Source of the DNA: a virus
Taxonomy: Duplodnaviria; Caudoviricetes
Length of the DNA stretch: 60,538 nucleotides
Direction: 5' to 3' (one strand)
IMG/VR virus record: IMGVR_UViG_3300034374_004534
Coordinates: 1 to 60,538 of that record
In this document: positions 1 through 9,651 of the stretch, piece after piece
Layout: each line of letters begins with the position of its first letter
Position numbering within the stretch: position 1 is the stretch's first letter
Translations under genes and position numbers: made by a program
The notes under the pieces: model-generated
What the model saw: the letters and a program-made list of their open reading frames with translations, nothing else
The model's database searches: none
Told to the model about the DNA's origin: nothing

Positions 1-348
1 GCTGAGAAGGGCAAGGATGACGCGGCCACGTGGAAGGACATCATGATGAAGGGCGGATCAGTACAGCATCTGGACTTCCTGTCGAAGGAGGAGAAGGACG
101 TGTTCAAGACGTTTGCTGAGATCTCACAGATGGAGGTGATCCAGCAGGCAGCTGACCGTCAGAAGCTCATCGATCAGGGACAGTCGCTGAATGTAATGAT
201 CAGCGACGAAGTCCCTCTGAAGGACGTCAACCAGCTTGTCATCAAGGCTTGGGAGTTGGGCATCAAGACCCTTTACTATCAGCGCGGTGTCAACCAAGCA
301 CAGGCGGTTGGCCGAGATATCTTAAATTGCGCTGTGTGTGAGGCGTAG
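1..348 (+). CDS. nrdA: Ribonucleotide reductase class Ia alpha subunit, C-terminal fragment (5' truncated)
   Basis: Frame open from base 1; motifs GSVQHL, DQGQSLN, KTLYY and terminal CxxC (CAVCEA). Confidence 0.92.
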   Translation, partial: AEKGKDDAATWKDIMMKGGSVQHLDFLSKEEKDVFKTFAEISQMEVIQQAADRQKLIDQGQSLNVMISDEVPLKDVNQLVIKAWELGIKTLYYQRGVNQAQAVGRDILNCAVCEA

Positions 349-352
349 TGCT

Positions 353-360
353 TATATTTG
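353..360 (+). promoter_or_regulatory. Bacteroidota sigmaA-type -7 box (TATATTTG)
   Basis: Exact TAnnTTTG; 4 nt upstream of the conserved GTTACACGGG element. Confidence 0.7.
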
Positions 361-364
361 CAGA

Positions 365-434
365 GTTACACGGGAATTCGTTCGTGGAACTTTCGCTACG
401 GGGGTCGGCTGCCAATGAAGCAGTCGGCCCTTTT
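365..434 (+). ncRNA. Putative small RNA (5' hairpin plus intrinsic terminator), variant 1
   Basis: GTT-A-CACGGG/TTCGTG-G-AAC hairpin, then GGGTCGGCTGC/GCAGTCGGCCC hairpin and TTTT; counterpart at 60028-60094. Confidence 0.6.
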
Positions 435-436
435 GC

Positions 437-733
437 TTATCCCCTGAGCCTGTCGTTCTCTTTCTCCAAGAACTCCAAGCGGACCTTATACTCCGCCAGC
501 TCCTGAAGCACTTGAGAGAGTCTGTCAGCAACCGCGTTCTTCTCATCATAAGCCTGCTCTAGCTTCTCTTCGAGCACAGCTACCCGCTCACGAAGGTCAT
601 CCCTAAACAGAGTCTGTTCTCCCTTATCCTCTTTACGCTCTTGGTGCTTGAGCTTGAGTCTGCTCTGGTAGAACTGCCACGCCCCTGCTGATCCGAGGAC
701 GGTTACGATGGTGATGATTGTTTGCGGATCCAT
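437..733 (-). CDS. Membrane-anchored coiled-coil protein (possible lysis accessory)
   Basis: N-terminal hydrophobic helix then charged heptads; second copy at 60094-60390 differs mostly at synonymous sites, supporting coding. Confidence 0.75.
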   Translation of the reverse strand: MDPQTIITIVTVLGSAGAWQFYQSRLKLKHQERKEDKGEQTLFRDDLRERVAVLEEKLEQAYDEKNAVADRLSQVLQELAEYKVRLEFLEKENDRLRG

Positions 734-1116
734 TATCTCCTGTAAAGCTCTTCGTTAGAAACACGATACAAATTCCAGATGCTCATCGCACAGATCAGGA
801 TCCATCCCAAGTGTGAGCCTTGCATCATCCCTGCCGTCGTGTAGTTGGCGACAGTGGCGATTGAAATAATAGATGCGATTTGAACTGCGATCTTGCGCAT
901 AAAAAGCCTGCCGTCCCACAGGGCACAGTAGACTTGGAAACCACCAGCCAGATGCGCTGCGATCTGCAACAACACCCAAGGGTTACCTAGTTCGAACATA
1001 GCGAACGGGAGAATAGACATGTGCAGCACACCGATCATGAGTTCGTTGGACTCAGAGTCAGTGTATTTCATGATGGCTTTGGCTCTTGCAAGTCCTTTCT
1101 TGTCTCGTAGTGGCAT
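733..1116 (-). CDS. Small multi-pass membrane protein
   Basis: About four hydrophobic segments; TAATG overlaps with neighbours. Confidence 0.7.
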   Translation of the reverse strand: MPLRDKKGLARAKAIMKYTDSESNELMIGVLHMSILPFAMFELGNPWVLLQIAAHLAGGFQVYCALWDGRLFMRKIAVQIASIISIATVANYTTAGMMQGSHLGWILICAMSIWNLYRVSNEELYRR

Positions 1117-1304
1117 TAGATCTCAGTTTTTTTGTATCCAGCTCTGTTGAACAACCAGAGCGATGGGCAGAACCGAATCCACACCGCAACCTGCAGCATG
1201 ACGACCACAAACAGAACACCTCCCCAAGACTGGTATGCAGCTGAGAGCAACAGTACCACGGACATGAGGAGGTAGACCATGCGAATAGAACTCCACTCTT
1301 TCAT
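1116..1304 (-). CDS. YgaP/DUF2892-like small membrane protein
   Basis: Two hydrophobic helices followed by FCP..W.F motif. Confidence 0.5.
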   Translation of the reverse strand: MKEWSSIRMVYLLMSVVLLLSAAYQSWGGVLFVVVMLQVAVWIRFCPSLWLFNRAGYKKTEI

Positions 1305-1375
1305 CAGATCATCTTGTTAAATTCCATGAAAGCCCACACGAGCTTCTTCCAGAATAGTTTGAGTCGGTTCTTCAT
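1304..1375 (-). CDS. 23-aa peptide MKNRLKLFWKKLVWAFMEFNKMI (not in ORF track)
   Basis: ATGA overlap upstream and TGATG overlap downstream fill the gap exactly. Confidence 0.5.
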   Translation of the reverse strand: MKNRLKLFWKKLVWAFMEFNKMI

Positions 1376-2688
1376 CTCTTGCTTCTAAATCCTTTTAGTG
1401 CCTTCTTGACGGCCTTGAGGGAGCCACCGAACTTGTACTCACCCTTACCCACCTGCTTGATCATATCGAAGTGAGGCATGAGGATCTCGTTGAAATCACT
1501 GAGCTTGCTTTCAGGGAGTCCGATTGAAGTGAGCTTCGCGTCGATCTTAGACTTGACCTCGCTCAACATCTCTGGGGTTGGAGCAAAGCTTGCTGTTCCG
1601 TCAATCAGTCCAACCTCGTACTCCTCGATTCCAAACAGGTCTGCAAATGGCTTGGGTGTGCCACCGAAGTCATTCAGGGGGAGAAACTCCACCGATTCAG
1701 TAGACACCTTAGCCTTGCCGTTCTCAATGTATTTTATTGGGAACACGTAAGAGTCTGTGCTCAAGTCGTTTGCGCTACCGAACTTAACCTTAGCTCCCTT
1801 CGGCACTTCCTTGATGATCTGAACCATCGCTCTACCCCTAGATGCGGGAGAGGTGTTGTCCATCAATCCAACAATGGTATAGCCATCACCTTCCTTTGCG
1901 AGAGAGATGAAGTCGTTGGTGTCGTAGTCTCTGTAGCTGATATCAGAACCCTCCTTGTGTAGCTTGAAGTTACCAATTGAGTTAGGCGGTCCAGATACAG
2001 CTTTCTTAGATGGGTTCTTGATGAATTCTGCAGCGTCCTTGAGTCTTGAGTACTCAGATGGTTGCAGCTGTTTGGCGTTACCCTGAGCCAGATCCTCAAG
2101 GCTCTCTGATAGTCTTGCCCGTGCAGATGGAGACATCTTAACGATACCCTCTGCGTTGCTCAAGATTGCGTCACCAACATCGCCAGCCTCGTCGATTGCA
2201 CCAATGATTTTGGAGATCGGTTTGATGTCTGATACTCTGACGAAGTCGGGCAGCGCGTTCTTCAGCATGGAAGCGTTTCCGGGAAGGAACGCGAGGCCTG
2301 CAGCCATGGCAAACTCAAGAGCACTATCCGACTCACCCATAGCCTTGATGTCACCCACGGGAGATAAGAACTCTGCAATGGGGTAGGAGGTCTCAATGGC
2401 TCCGCTAGGAAGCTCTTGCGTCTCTCTCAAGTACTTGGCGTCTTCACTGCTAAGCGGTTCTCCAAAGATCTTAGAGAATCCAACGTAGTCTCCAGCCGCT
2501 TGATCAAGAAGGGCAGCCTCTGGTGACGTGTATACGGGTGGCTGAATGGCCACTCGTGTGGTTGAGGCAGGGGCAGCAGAAGTAGGATCGCCCAAAGCCC
2601 TAAGCTCCCGACGCTGCTTGAGCTGCTTCAGCAACTCTACAGTTTCGGGGGGCAACTGACCCCCATCCTGATACCTCTTTACTCTCAT
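1372..2688 (-). CDS. Putative virion cargo protein with YxxGG motifs at both ends
   Basis: 438 aa; N-term MRVKRYQDGG, C-term EYKFGGSLKAVKK. Confidence 0.6.
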   Translation of the reverse strand: MRVKRYQDGGQLPPETVELLKQLKQRRELRALGDPTSAAPASTTRVAIQPPVYTSPEAALLDQAAGDYVGFSKIFGEPLSSEDAKYLRETQELPSGAIETSYPIAEFLSPVGDIKAMGESDSALEFAMAAGLAFLPGNASMLKNALPDFVRVSDIKPISKIIGAIDEAGDVGDAILSNAEGIVKMSPSARARLSESLEDLAQGNAKQLQPSEYSRLKDAAEFIKNPSKKAVSGPPNSIGNFKLHKEGSDISYRDYDTNDFISLAKEGDGYTIVGLMDNTSPASRGRAMVQIIKEVPKGAKVKFGSANDLSTDSYVFPIKYIENGKAKVSTESVEFLPLNDFGGTPKPFADLFGIEEYEVGLIDGTASFAPTPEMLSEVKSKIDAKLTSIGLPESKLSDFNEILMPHFDMIKQVGKGEYKFGGSLKAVKKALKGFRSKR

Positions 2689-3122
2689 TTTCTTGCTTTC
2701 TCGATGGTTCTACCAGCGAAATATGCGCCAAATGCTGTTAGCATAAGGATCTCTAACAAAGATACGTAAGAATCCTTGACGTTAAATGGAAGCTGATCCA
2801 AGCTATCTAGCACCATGGTCACCATGAACATGGCCATCAAGCAGATAAGTGTCACAGGACGAATCATTTTCGCCAACTTGACATCGCTGCCCATGTCTGC
2901 CTTCCATCTCTCAGTCACGTTAGATTGGTAAGCCACCTCGGCATCAACGCGAGCTTGAATCTCTGCGGGATCAATGTCAGTAGTAGTATCCAAAAGACTC
3001 TTGACCACACCGAGGGCTCCTCGATCGGGCAACAAGTCTCCAGCTACATCAAGTACAGACGGTGCCTTATCCTTCAGCCACGCACCCAAGCCTGTGTCTT
3101 TAATTTTCTTTTCTTCTTTCAT
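2685..3122 (-). CDS. Holin (3TM/GTA-holin-like)
   Basis: W.ADM.SD..L.K.IRP motif, hydrophobic helices, terminal AYF.GRT.EK. Confidence 0.75.
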   Translation of the reverse strand: MKEEKKIKDTGLGAWLKDKAPSVLDVAGDLLPDRGALGVVKSLLDTTTDIDPAEIQARVDAEVAYQSNVTERWKADMGSDVKLAKMIRPVTLICLMAMFMVTMVLDSLDQLPFNVKDSYVSLLEILMLTAFGAYFAGRTIEKARK

Positions 3123-6100
3123 CGTGTAGGTCTTTCTGGTTTGGGAGGAGTAATCGGTTTGTATCGACCAATGAAGATCCCCTCTGCTTGCTTCTTGCTG
3201 ACGCGAGTGTACTTCTGGATGGTTTCGATGATGGCTTTCTTGCTCACACCCAGTCTGTTAGCTGACATTGCGAACTCGTGCATCTCCTCCTGAGCTGCTC
3301 TGTAAGCATCACGAGCTTGATCAAAGTTCTTGTACTTCAATGAGTTAGCGTCATACAACTTCTCCTTGAACTCCACCATCTTGAATCCAAGTTGCTGATT
3401 TACATCAACTTCGTATGGCTTGAAGCCTGTGAGCTGGCCTCCGACCTCTTCAGGGCTACCGCCTGAGTTGTAGATCTTCCGAACAGATGTGAATGTACCC
3501 GGCTCGATAACCTCATACATGTAGGCCATGACGTCCTGCATCTGCTGAGTCTGAGGAGACTCTGGGTTGTAGATGGGCTTTCCGTAGTCGTTCACGTTTC
3601 TGCTCAAATTGATGAACCGCCTAGTCAAGATCTCCTCACCGAGGAAGGGCTCAATAACTGTGAACAAACCCTTTCCAAATGACTCGATGCTGTCCTCTCC
3701 TCTCATGAATGAGTTGGCGATCTTATCGAAGTGGCCATATGGATCTGAGGCAGAGATGTCGATGTAAGAGAACTTGCCATCCTCCATTGCGTAAGGGATG
3801 ACACGTGAGTTCTGACTCCACGGGGCCATGAACTTCCTGAGATCCTCTTGTCTCTGGTCTTCACCCTCGTCATCCATAGCCCTTCCGACCACCCCCATGA
3901 CGCCTGCGCCGACCGCTTTACCAAACATGCCCGTGACCGCAGCTTTACTAGCAGCGTAGCTTGATGCACCAGCAAGTCTCTGAGCACCAATCTTTCTTAT
4001 CTCTGGGTTGTCTGACTTGATCTCTGAGATGCCCTGAGCCATGGTGTTCCATGCAACTCTGTATGACTCAGCTTGGAAGGACACGAAGTTCCCCATGAAT
4101 GGGAATCGACGAATCATCTGGATGGCCTCTGGCACCCTGCTGTATGTGGGGTAGGTGTTCTTCACCAGCTCTGCCACATAGTTGTCCAGCTCAGCTGATT
4201 GCTCGGGAGTCAGTTGATCTGCCTCTACTCCAAACTGAGCCTTGGCGTAGCGGTTTCTCTCATTCTCGAATGCCACGATCTTAAAGAAGTCATCCTCTGC
4301 CTGATACAGATTCTCAGCTTTCTTCATACCCACACGGGCCTTACGCAAGAGGTTCTGACTTCTGCTCAGGTTCTCGTTGTTCATTCTGTTGGCCAAGGCA
4401 TCATCCATGTTGGCATCCTTGAACATGTCTCTGATTTCACCGAGTGCAGCACTTTGCTTGACGATACCGAGCTCGATGTATCTGTTCATCCTGTCCTGCA
4501 GGGCTTGAGACCCACCCTTCATGTCCGCCTTGAGGGTTTGGTATGCGGTCTCCAGTTGCGTCAGGTCGTAGTGGCCGTTAGCCCACATGAATCCGAGGTT
4601 ACCGATTACGTTCTTGGAGTGAGTTCCAATAGACCCGATAGTCTTAGCCCACTTCACGGTGCCGATGGCAGCCATGTACTTCTTCATGAAGCTACCCATC
4701 TGCTCTGGAACCTTATTGAACTCGGCAGCGATCTCAGGGGTGGTATACATACCGTTGAGCGGAGCCATAGCCTCGCTACCCTCTGATGCAATCTGCACTG
4801 AGTTAGGTCCTGTGGGCTTGTCGAACAACCACACACCCTTGCCGCTCTCTTTAACGGTGTTTAAGAACCGCGCCCCCTCAGCTGTCTGAGCCATCTTCAA
4901 AATCGAAGAGGCATAGTTCTGTGCAGGGTCAGTATACTCACCCATCAAAGCGAGGATCTCTTTGGGGATATCCTTTCTCTGCTTGAGGATGTTTGTGTTC
5001 TTGGTATCGCTAGCCGCAGAGGCAAACGCAGCAGCCTCGTTGGGGTCGAGGTACTTATTCATCAGCCCCTCCACTCTCTTCTCCAAGAATGCCTCGGCAT
5101 CCAGACCCTCAGGGTTGAGCTCAGGGTTGAGGTAGTCGGTCATGGCCATAGCCCTGTTCTGCTCTCTCAAGAAGTTGCGAGCCTCGTTCTTGACCTCTTC
5201 ACTAACCTTGTTCTTCCAGTCCTTGTTGGTGAACACCTCAAAGGATCTGGTCAGGTACTGACCGAGGTTTCCGATAACCTTATCTACTTGAGAATCAGGC
5301 ACAACGCCTAAGTTGATTAAATCAATACTCAACCTGTCGATCTGGTTTCTCATCTCAAGAGCCAACCCAGCGAATTCGTCAGGCAACCGATTCAATCCCT
5401 CGCCACCACGCAGAGCGTCGTCGAAGTCAGCGAGCAACTGATTCTGATCTCCCTTATATCCCCTGAGGAGTCGGTTGAATTCACGGATGTTTTGCTGAGC
5501 AATGTTGGTTTGCTTAGAGATGTTGGCCTCTCTCTTCTCACGGGCAGCAAACATACTCTTGGGCATGAAGCTACGTGCTGAGAAGAAACGGCGACGAAGT
5601 CCGTCAAGCTTTGATCGGATGCCCTTACCCTTGACGTACACCCCTTCTTCCTCCAGCTTTCTTGCGTACTCCTCAGGGTTTACTTGGGGGCCCTGTGCTG
5701 GAGCTGGTTCACTTACAGGTTCTGCCGAAGGTGCTTCTTCAGATACTTCAGCTGCTGGCTCCTCGGCAACTGGCGCAGCTTCCGCAGGCTCCCCAGAGAG
5801 TTCGGCTTCTTTTCTTCTGACGTATTCGTCGTGTTCTCGTTGGAATTCTTCATCCTGTTCAAGTAAGTCGTTTATCTTTTGTTCTTGTTCTGGAGTCTGT
5901 GCTTCGTCAAGCAAGATCTGGTAGGCAGCATCCTGAGCGTCCTGACCTTCAAGCATGATGGTCTTGCCCTCGGCGTCTTTCAATGACACTCTTGTGACAT
6001 TTCCTTCCTCGTCGTACTCAATGCCACGTTCAGGCAGATCCCTTTGAATACCGAATTCGTTGCCCTCGTACAAAATGGTGCCGTCAGGGGTCACCTCAAT

Positions 6101-8008
6101 GTTGGACTTGTCTTCGCTGATATTTAGCTCTGAGATAGGCTTGTCCATCACCTCCTCTGCATTACCGAGATCAATGATTCGGTCCTCTGTCTCGACCACC
6201 ACTCTATCCCCGTACTCCGTGTCTCTTCTGAGCTCACCACGAGTACCGTCTTCCAACACAACAATCCTTCCGAGCTGGTCTGCAACAGCTGGAGCCTCCG
6301 TTTCAGCCACATCTACGTCACCGTCATATCGTGCGTTGATGTTCTCAATCTGCTCGTCGATCTTGGCCAGTCTTCTCTTTGCAGTCTGCGTTCCCTTACC
6401 CTCAAGTTCTTGACGCTCAAGCTCCAAGTCCACCAGCATAGCTCTGTCTTGCTCGCTATACTCGTCAGGTATATCCTTGGAAATCACAGACTTACGCTTC
6501 TTCTTTTCAATCTCTGCTTGAAGCTCTGGGTCGTTGTCAACTTCAATATTTACCTGACTGATTTCATCATCTGACAAGTCTTCTACAAGTTCAGACGCTT
6601 GCTTCTTGCTGACCGCCCCACCGTTAACCTTGTAGGAGCCACGATCCTGAATGGCCGCTGAGGCCAAGGTGACTGGCGTACCAACGACACCAACGGATCC
6701 CTCCATCAAGGCCTCACCAATATCCACTGTCTGACCTGATGCTGTCTGAGCCAACAGTTCACCAGTAACACCAGTGGTCGCCTCACCTGCTGCGGTCTGA
6801 GTCACAACACGAGTCTGTGCCTTACCTGCAGCCTTAGCTGCCTTGGCGCTCCTAGAGAGAACAGCTCCACCGAAGCTGTCGACAAAGCCAATGGTTCCTG
6901 CACGAAGAGCTGATCTCTTGCGGATCTGACGAAGCTTAGACTCATCCATAAGGATGGGGGCTACGTTCTCGTAGGTGAATTCCTTGTCCCCCAACTCCTC
7001 TTTAAGGAAGTCAACGAATGACATGCCCATCTCTACGGTGGCACCAGCCATACCAAGTGCAGGCGTCAAGCTCAAACCAAATCCAGCAACAGCCCCAGCC
7101 CCAGAGGTGACTGGCGCAAGCGGTCCACCAGCCAAGCCCGCCGTAGCACCAGCTGCTGTTCCTGCAGACACCATGGCGAGCGCATTCTCAGCAGACTCCC
7201 TGTTCATCATGCCAGATGTTGAGCTAACCAACGTCTCCAGAAGTCCTTGAGGGTGTTCTGCCGAAGCAACGAGGAATCCCCAGACCCCTCCGCCGTTCAA
7301 CTCTTGTGTAGCAGCAAAGGACTCGGCCTCGTCAGAGACACCGACTTCCCTCATACGGGCGTCATAGTCGTTTACTTGATTGACGAGAGACTGAATGGTC
7401 TCTTCTGTAGGGGTGATGTCCCCAATGGCCATAGAGAAAGAGAATGGGACGATATCCCCTGTAGCTTGCCCCTGACCCCACGCTCTAGCCGCGTCATCAA
7501 ATACGTCTCCCAGAATTGGGATAGAGTTAACCATGTCCCCAAACGCCCCGTCAAGATACTGAGTCTCAGCACCTTCGATGGTTACGTCAAAGGCTGGTGT
7601 GGGGGATGCCCCTGCGTAGGTTAAGTAACTAGGCTCTACTGTAGCTGAACCCGAATCTCCACTCGGTTCTTGTTGACCCTGACTCGTATCTGAGGTAGAC
7701 CCCGTAGAAGCCCCTTCCGAATCGGGTGCCAAGATAGGCTGTGCGGTTCTTGCCCCAAATTGAACGGGCGGAATGTCCGCTTTGTCTTTTTTTTTTACGT
7801 TGAAGAACTGAGAGTAGAACTCATCAGGTGACTTCGTGTACAACCCCTGACCAGAGACCGCATCAAACAATGCCTTCTGAGATTCAGGTGTGGAGAACTG
7901 CATAGAGAACTCCTCGTAAGACTTGGTGTACAGCCCCTGCTCATTCAGGCCCTCGTAAAGACCCTTATGAGCTTGGCTGAATCCTTCTTTTTTATTTGGA
8001 TCCGTCAT
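3119..8008 (-). CDS. Large internal virion/ejection protein (C-terminal region resembles large polyvalent protein domains)
   Basis: 1629 aa; N-terminal duplicated LY...GLYTKS..EF..QF, Gly/Ala-rich hydrophobic segment, acidic linker, C-terminal DDFFK/FPFMGNFVSF region; follows tail genes. Confidence 0.7.
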   Translation of the reverse strand: MTDPNKKEGFSQAHKGLYEGLNEQGLYTKSYEEFSMQFSTPESQKALFDAVSGQGLYTKSPDEFYSQFFNVKKKDKADIPPVQFGARTAQPILAPDSEGASTGSTSDTSQGQQEPSGDSGSATVEPSYLTYAGASPTPAFDVTIEGAETQYLDGAFGDMVNSIPILGDVFDDAARAWGQGQATGDIVPFSFSMAIGDITPTEETIQSLVNQVNDYDARMREVGVSDEAESFAATQELNGGGVWGFLVASAEHPQGLLETLVSSTSGMMNRESAENALAMVSAGTAAGATAGLAGGPLAPVTSGAGAVAGFGLSLTPALGMAGATVEMGMSFVDFLKEELGDKEFTYENVAPILMDESKLRQIRKRSALRAGTIGFVDSFGGAVLSRSAKAAKAAGKAQTRVVTQTAAGEATTGVTGELLAQTASGQTVDIGEALMEGSVGVVGTPVTLASAAIQDRGSYKVNGGAVSKKQASELVEDLSDDEISQVNIEVDNDPELQAEIEKKKRKSVISKDIPDEYSEQDRAMLVDLELERQELEGKGTQTAKRRLAKIDEQIENINARYDGDVDVAETEAPAVADQLGRIVVLEDGTRGELRRDTEYGDRVVVETEDRIIDLGNAEEVMDKPISELNISEDKSNIEVTPDGTILYEGNEFGIQRDLPERGIEYDEEGNVTRVSLKDAEGKTIMLEGQDAQDAAYQILLDEAQTPEQEQKINDLLEQDEEFQREHDEYVRRKEAELSGEPAEAAPVAEEPAAEVSEEAPSAEPVSEPAPAQGPQVNPEEYARKLEEEGVYVKGKGIRSKLDGLRRRFFSARSFMPKSMFAAREKREANISKQTNIAQQNIREFNRLLRGYKGDQNQLLADFDDALRGGEGLNRLPDEFAGLALEMRNQIDRLSIDLINLGVVPDSQVDKVIGNLGQYLTRSFEVFTNKDWKNKVSEEVKNEARNFLREQNRAMAMTDYLNPELNPEGLDAEAFLEKRVEGLMNKYLDPNEAAAFASAASDTKNTNILKQRKDIPKEILALMGEYTDPAQNYASSILKMAQTAEGARFLNTVKESGKGVWLFDKPTGPNSVQIASEGSEAMAPLNGMYTTPEIAAEFNKVPEQMGSFMKKYMAAIGTVKWAKTIGSIGTHSKNVIGNLGFMWANGHYDLTQLETAYQTLKADMKGGSQALQDRMNRYIELGIVKQSAALGEIRDMFKDANMDDALANRMNNENLSRSQNLLRKARVGMKKAENLYQAEDDFFKIVAFENERNRYAKAQFGVEADQLTPEQSAELDNYVAELVKNTYPTYSRVPEAIQMIRRFPFMGNFVSFQAESYRVAWNTMAQGISEIKSDNPEIRKIGAQRLAGASSYAASKAAVTGMFGKAVGAGVMGVVGRAMDDEGEDQRQEDLRKFMAPWSQNSRVIPYAMEDGKFSYIDISASDPYGHFDKIANSFMRGEDSIESFGKGLFTVIEPFLGEEILTRRFINLSRNVNDYGKPIYNPESPQTQQMQDVMAYMYEVIEPGTFTSVRKIYNSGGSPEEVGGQLTGFKPYEVDVNQQLGFKMVEFKEKLYDANSLKYKNFDQARDAYRAAQEEMHEFAMSANRLGVSKKAIIETIQKYTRVSKKQAEGIFIGRYKPITPPKPERPTR

Positions 8009-9651
8009 TATTGTCCGATGTTATCAAACAGCCCTCCCTTAGGAGCGGGCGCTGCAGCAGCCTCTTGGATGATGTTCTGAGCCTCACCCTTGTCTCCGTA
8101 GACCAAGCCCTTCTGGAGCTTCTCGAAGGTGATTGTTTCGTCGTTGTACACCCGTCTGATGGCCTGAATGATCTGGTCAACCTTAGCCTTGTCGTTAGTT
8201 TGATCAAGCATGATGCTCTTGACCTTTGATCCATCGTAGTTGAGGTTCATCAGGGCGAGCTTTCCGTTGGGGAGGAAGACCAAGTCGCTGAGATTCAAGT
8301 CGAATTGCTCTGGCTCAAGCTTGGCGTCTCCAAGTTCGTACTCGATGTTGTCGATCTCGTAACGCAAGTCCTTAGCAGCCATGCTGTTCTTGTTGTCGAC
8401 CTCTTCATAACGGGCCTTGAGTTCGTTGAGGAGTCGGTGCTCTTGTCCGAAGTTCGGGTTGTTGAGCTTGATGGCTTCAGTCTCTTTTGTGTTCTTGGCA
8501 AGGCTGCCCAACGTGTATCTAGTGCCAACAAGTGATCCCTCCCTCATGTCGGCCACATTCATGACTCGTCCCATCTCGTCAAACGCGAGAAGCTGACCCT
8601 CTTTAAACAGTTCGCTTACGTTGAACTTGAAATCAGACTTGCTGTCGAACTCGTTTCGGAACACACGTGGACCCTTACCGCTTCCTCCGTTAGGTTCTTC
8701 TTTCTCGACAACAAACTTCGAGGCCTCAACCATTTCGCTGATGAGGTCTTTGTTCTTGTTTTTGATGTAGTCCTTGTGAAGCTGGTATTCTGAGTTGTTT
8801 ACATCTCCAGTGATGTAGGCAGAGATGAGAGATTCATTGTCTCTGTATCCGTCCCCCCACAAGTTTTGGACAGCCCAAGCTCTGGCTGCAGCCCCATCCT
8901 CGTTACTTGCGCCTGAGTTAACAATACCAGCAGCAGACTTAGTGGCTTCAGATCTATTCCAAGCATCCTTGTTGTAGGCCTTTGCTGATTCACGGATGGT
9001 GGTTTCACCAATCTGAATAGCACTCTTTCCGTACCGACTAGTAGTTGGCGCGGTGAAAGTCGATGGGTTGGCCCAGCGGTCCCATGATTGAATCGGTTCC
9101 CAGTCTCCAGTCTCTTGACCCGTTTCTGAGTCGAGTTGCTTGTAGAATACAGTTCCGTCAGAGCCCATCTGAGTGACAATGTCGTTACCCTCAAAGGCTT
9201 GCTGAGCCATGATGCTTCCCTCGGGGGTTGCAGCTGACTGCATGTAGACTGGGAGCTGTTCGTTAAACTTAGCAGCAGAGGCTGGGTCGTTAGCTACGTC
9301 GTTGAGCAGCTCTCTTGACGCCTTAACCTCATCACTATTGTGAGCCGCGTGGGTATTAAACCAGTTGGCAATGTTCTGAACAGCCTGACGAGCAGCCACA
9401 GGATCATCGATAGAGAAGTCGTAGATCTTCTGCATCTCCTCATTCATGTACTTCTTGAAGTGGGGCCTCAGTGGTGGGATGAGCTTAGAGATGTCATATC
9501 CCTCTACGTCAGAGAGGTACTTGTCTGCAGCATCCTTTCTCGCCTTCATCTGCTTGATGATGGCTTTCTGTTCTGCTGCTTTCTGCCAGCCAGTGAAGTC
9601 AGGTAGCGGAGCTGCCTCCGTTGCTACCTTTTGTGTATACGCTACCGCCAT
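8008..9651 (-). CDS. Putative internal virion/ejection protein
   Basis: 547 aa, middle gene of a three-gene block after the tail stabiliser. Confidence 0.55.
   Translation of the reverse strand: MAVAYTQKVATEAAPLPDFTGWQKAAEQKAIIKQMKARKDAADKYLSDVEGYDISKLIPPLRPHFKKYMNEEMQKIYDFSIDDPVAARQAVQNIANWFNTHAAHNSDEVKASRELLNDVANDPASAAKFNEQLPVYMQSAATPEGSIMAQQAFEGNDIVTQMGSDGTVFYKQLDSETGQETGDWEPIQSWDRWANPSTFTAPTTSRYGKSAIQIGETTIRESAKAYNKDAWNRSEATKSAAGIVNSGASNEDGAAARAWAVQNLWGDGYRDNESLISAYITGDVNNSEYQLHKDYIKNKNKDLISEMVEASKFVVEKEEPNGGSGKGPRVFRNEFDSKSDFKFNVSELFKEGQLLAFDEMGRVMNVADMREGSLVGTRYTLGSLAKNTKETEAIKLNNPNFGQEHRLLNELKARYEEVDNKNSMAAKDLRYEIDNIEYELGDAKLEPEQFDLNLSDLVFLPNGKLALMNLNYDGSKVKSIMLDQTNDKAKVDQIIQAIRRVYNDETITFEKLQKGLVYGDKGEAQNIIQEAAAAPAPKGGLFDNIGQ

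Noticed and set aside
437-881. True terminal direct repeat of the virion DNA
   Set aside because: Copies are diverged over most of their length and have different upstream genes; better explained by strain variation plus assembly overlap
6305-6335. YDGDVD as an RNA polymerase DxDxD catalytic motif
   Set aside because: Lies in an acidic linker after a coiled coil, without surrounding polymerase motifs
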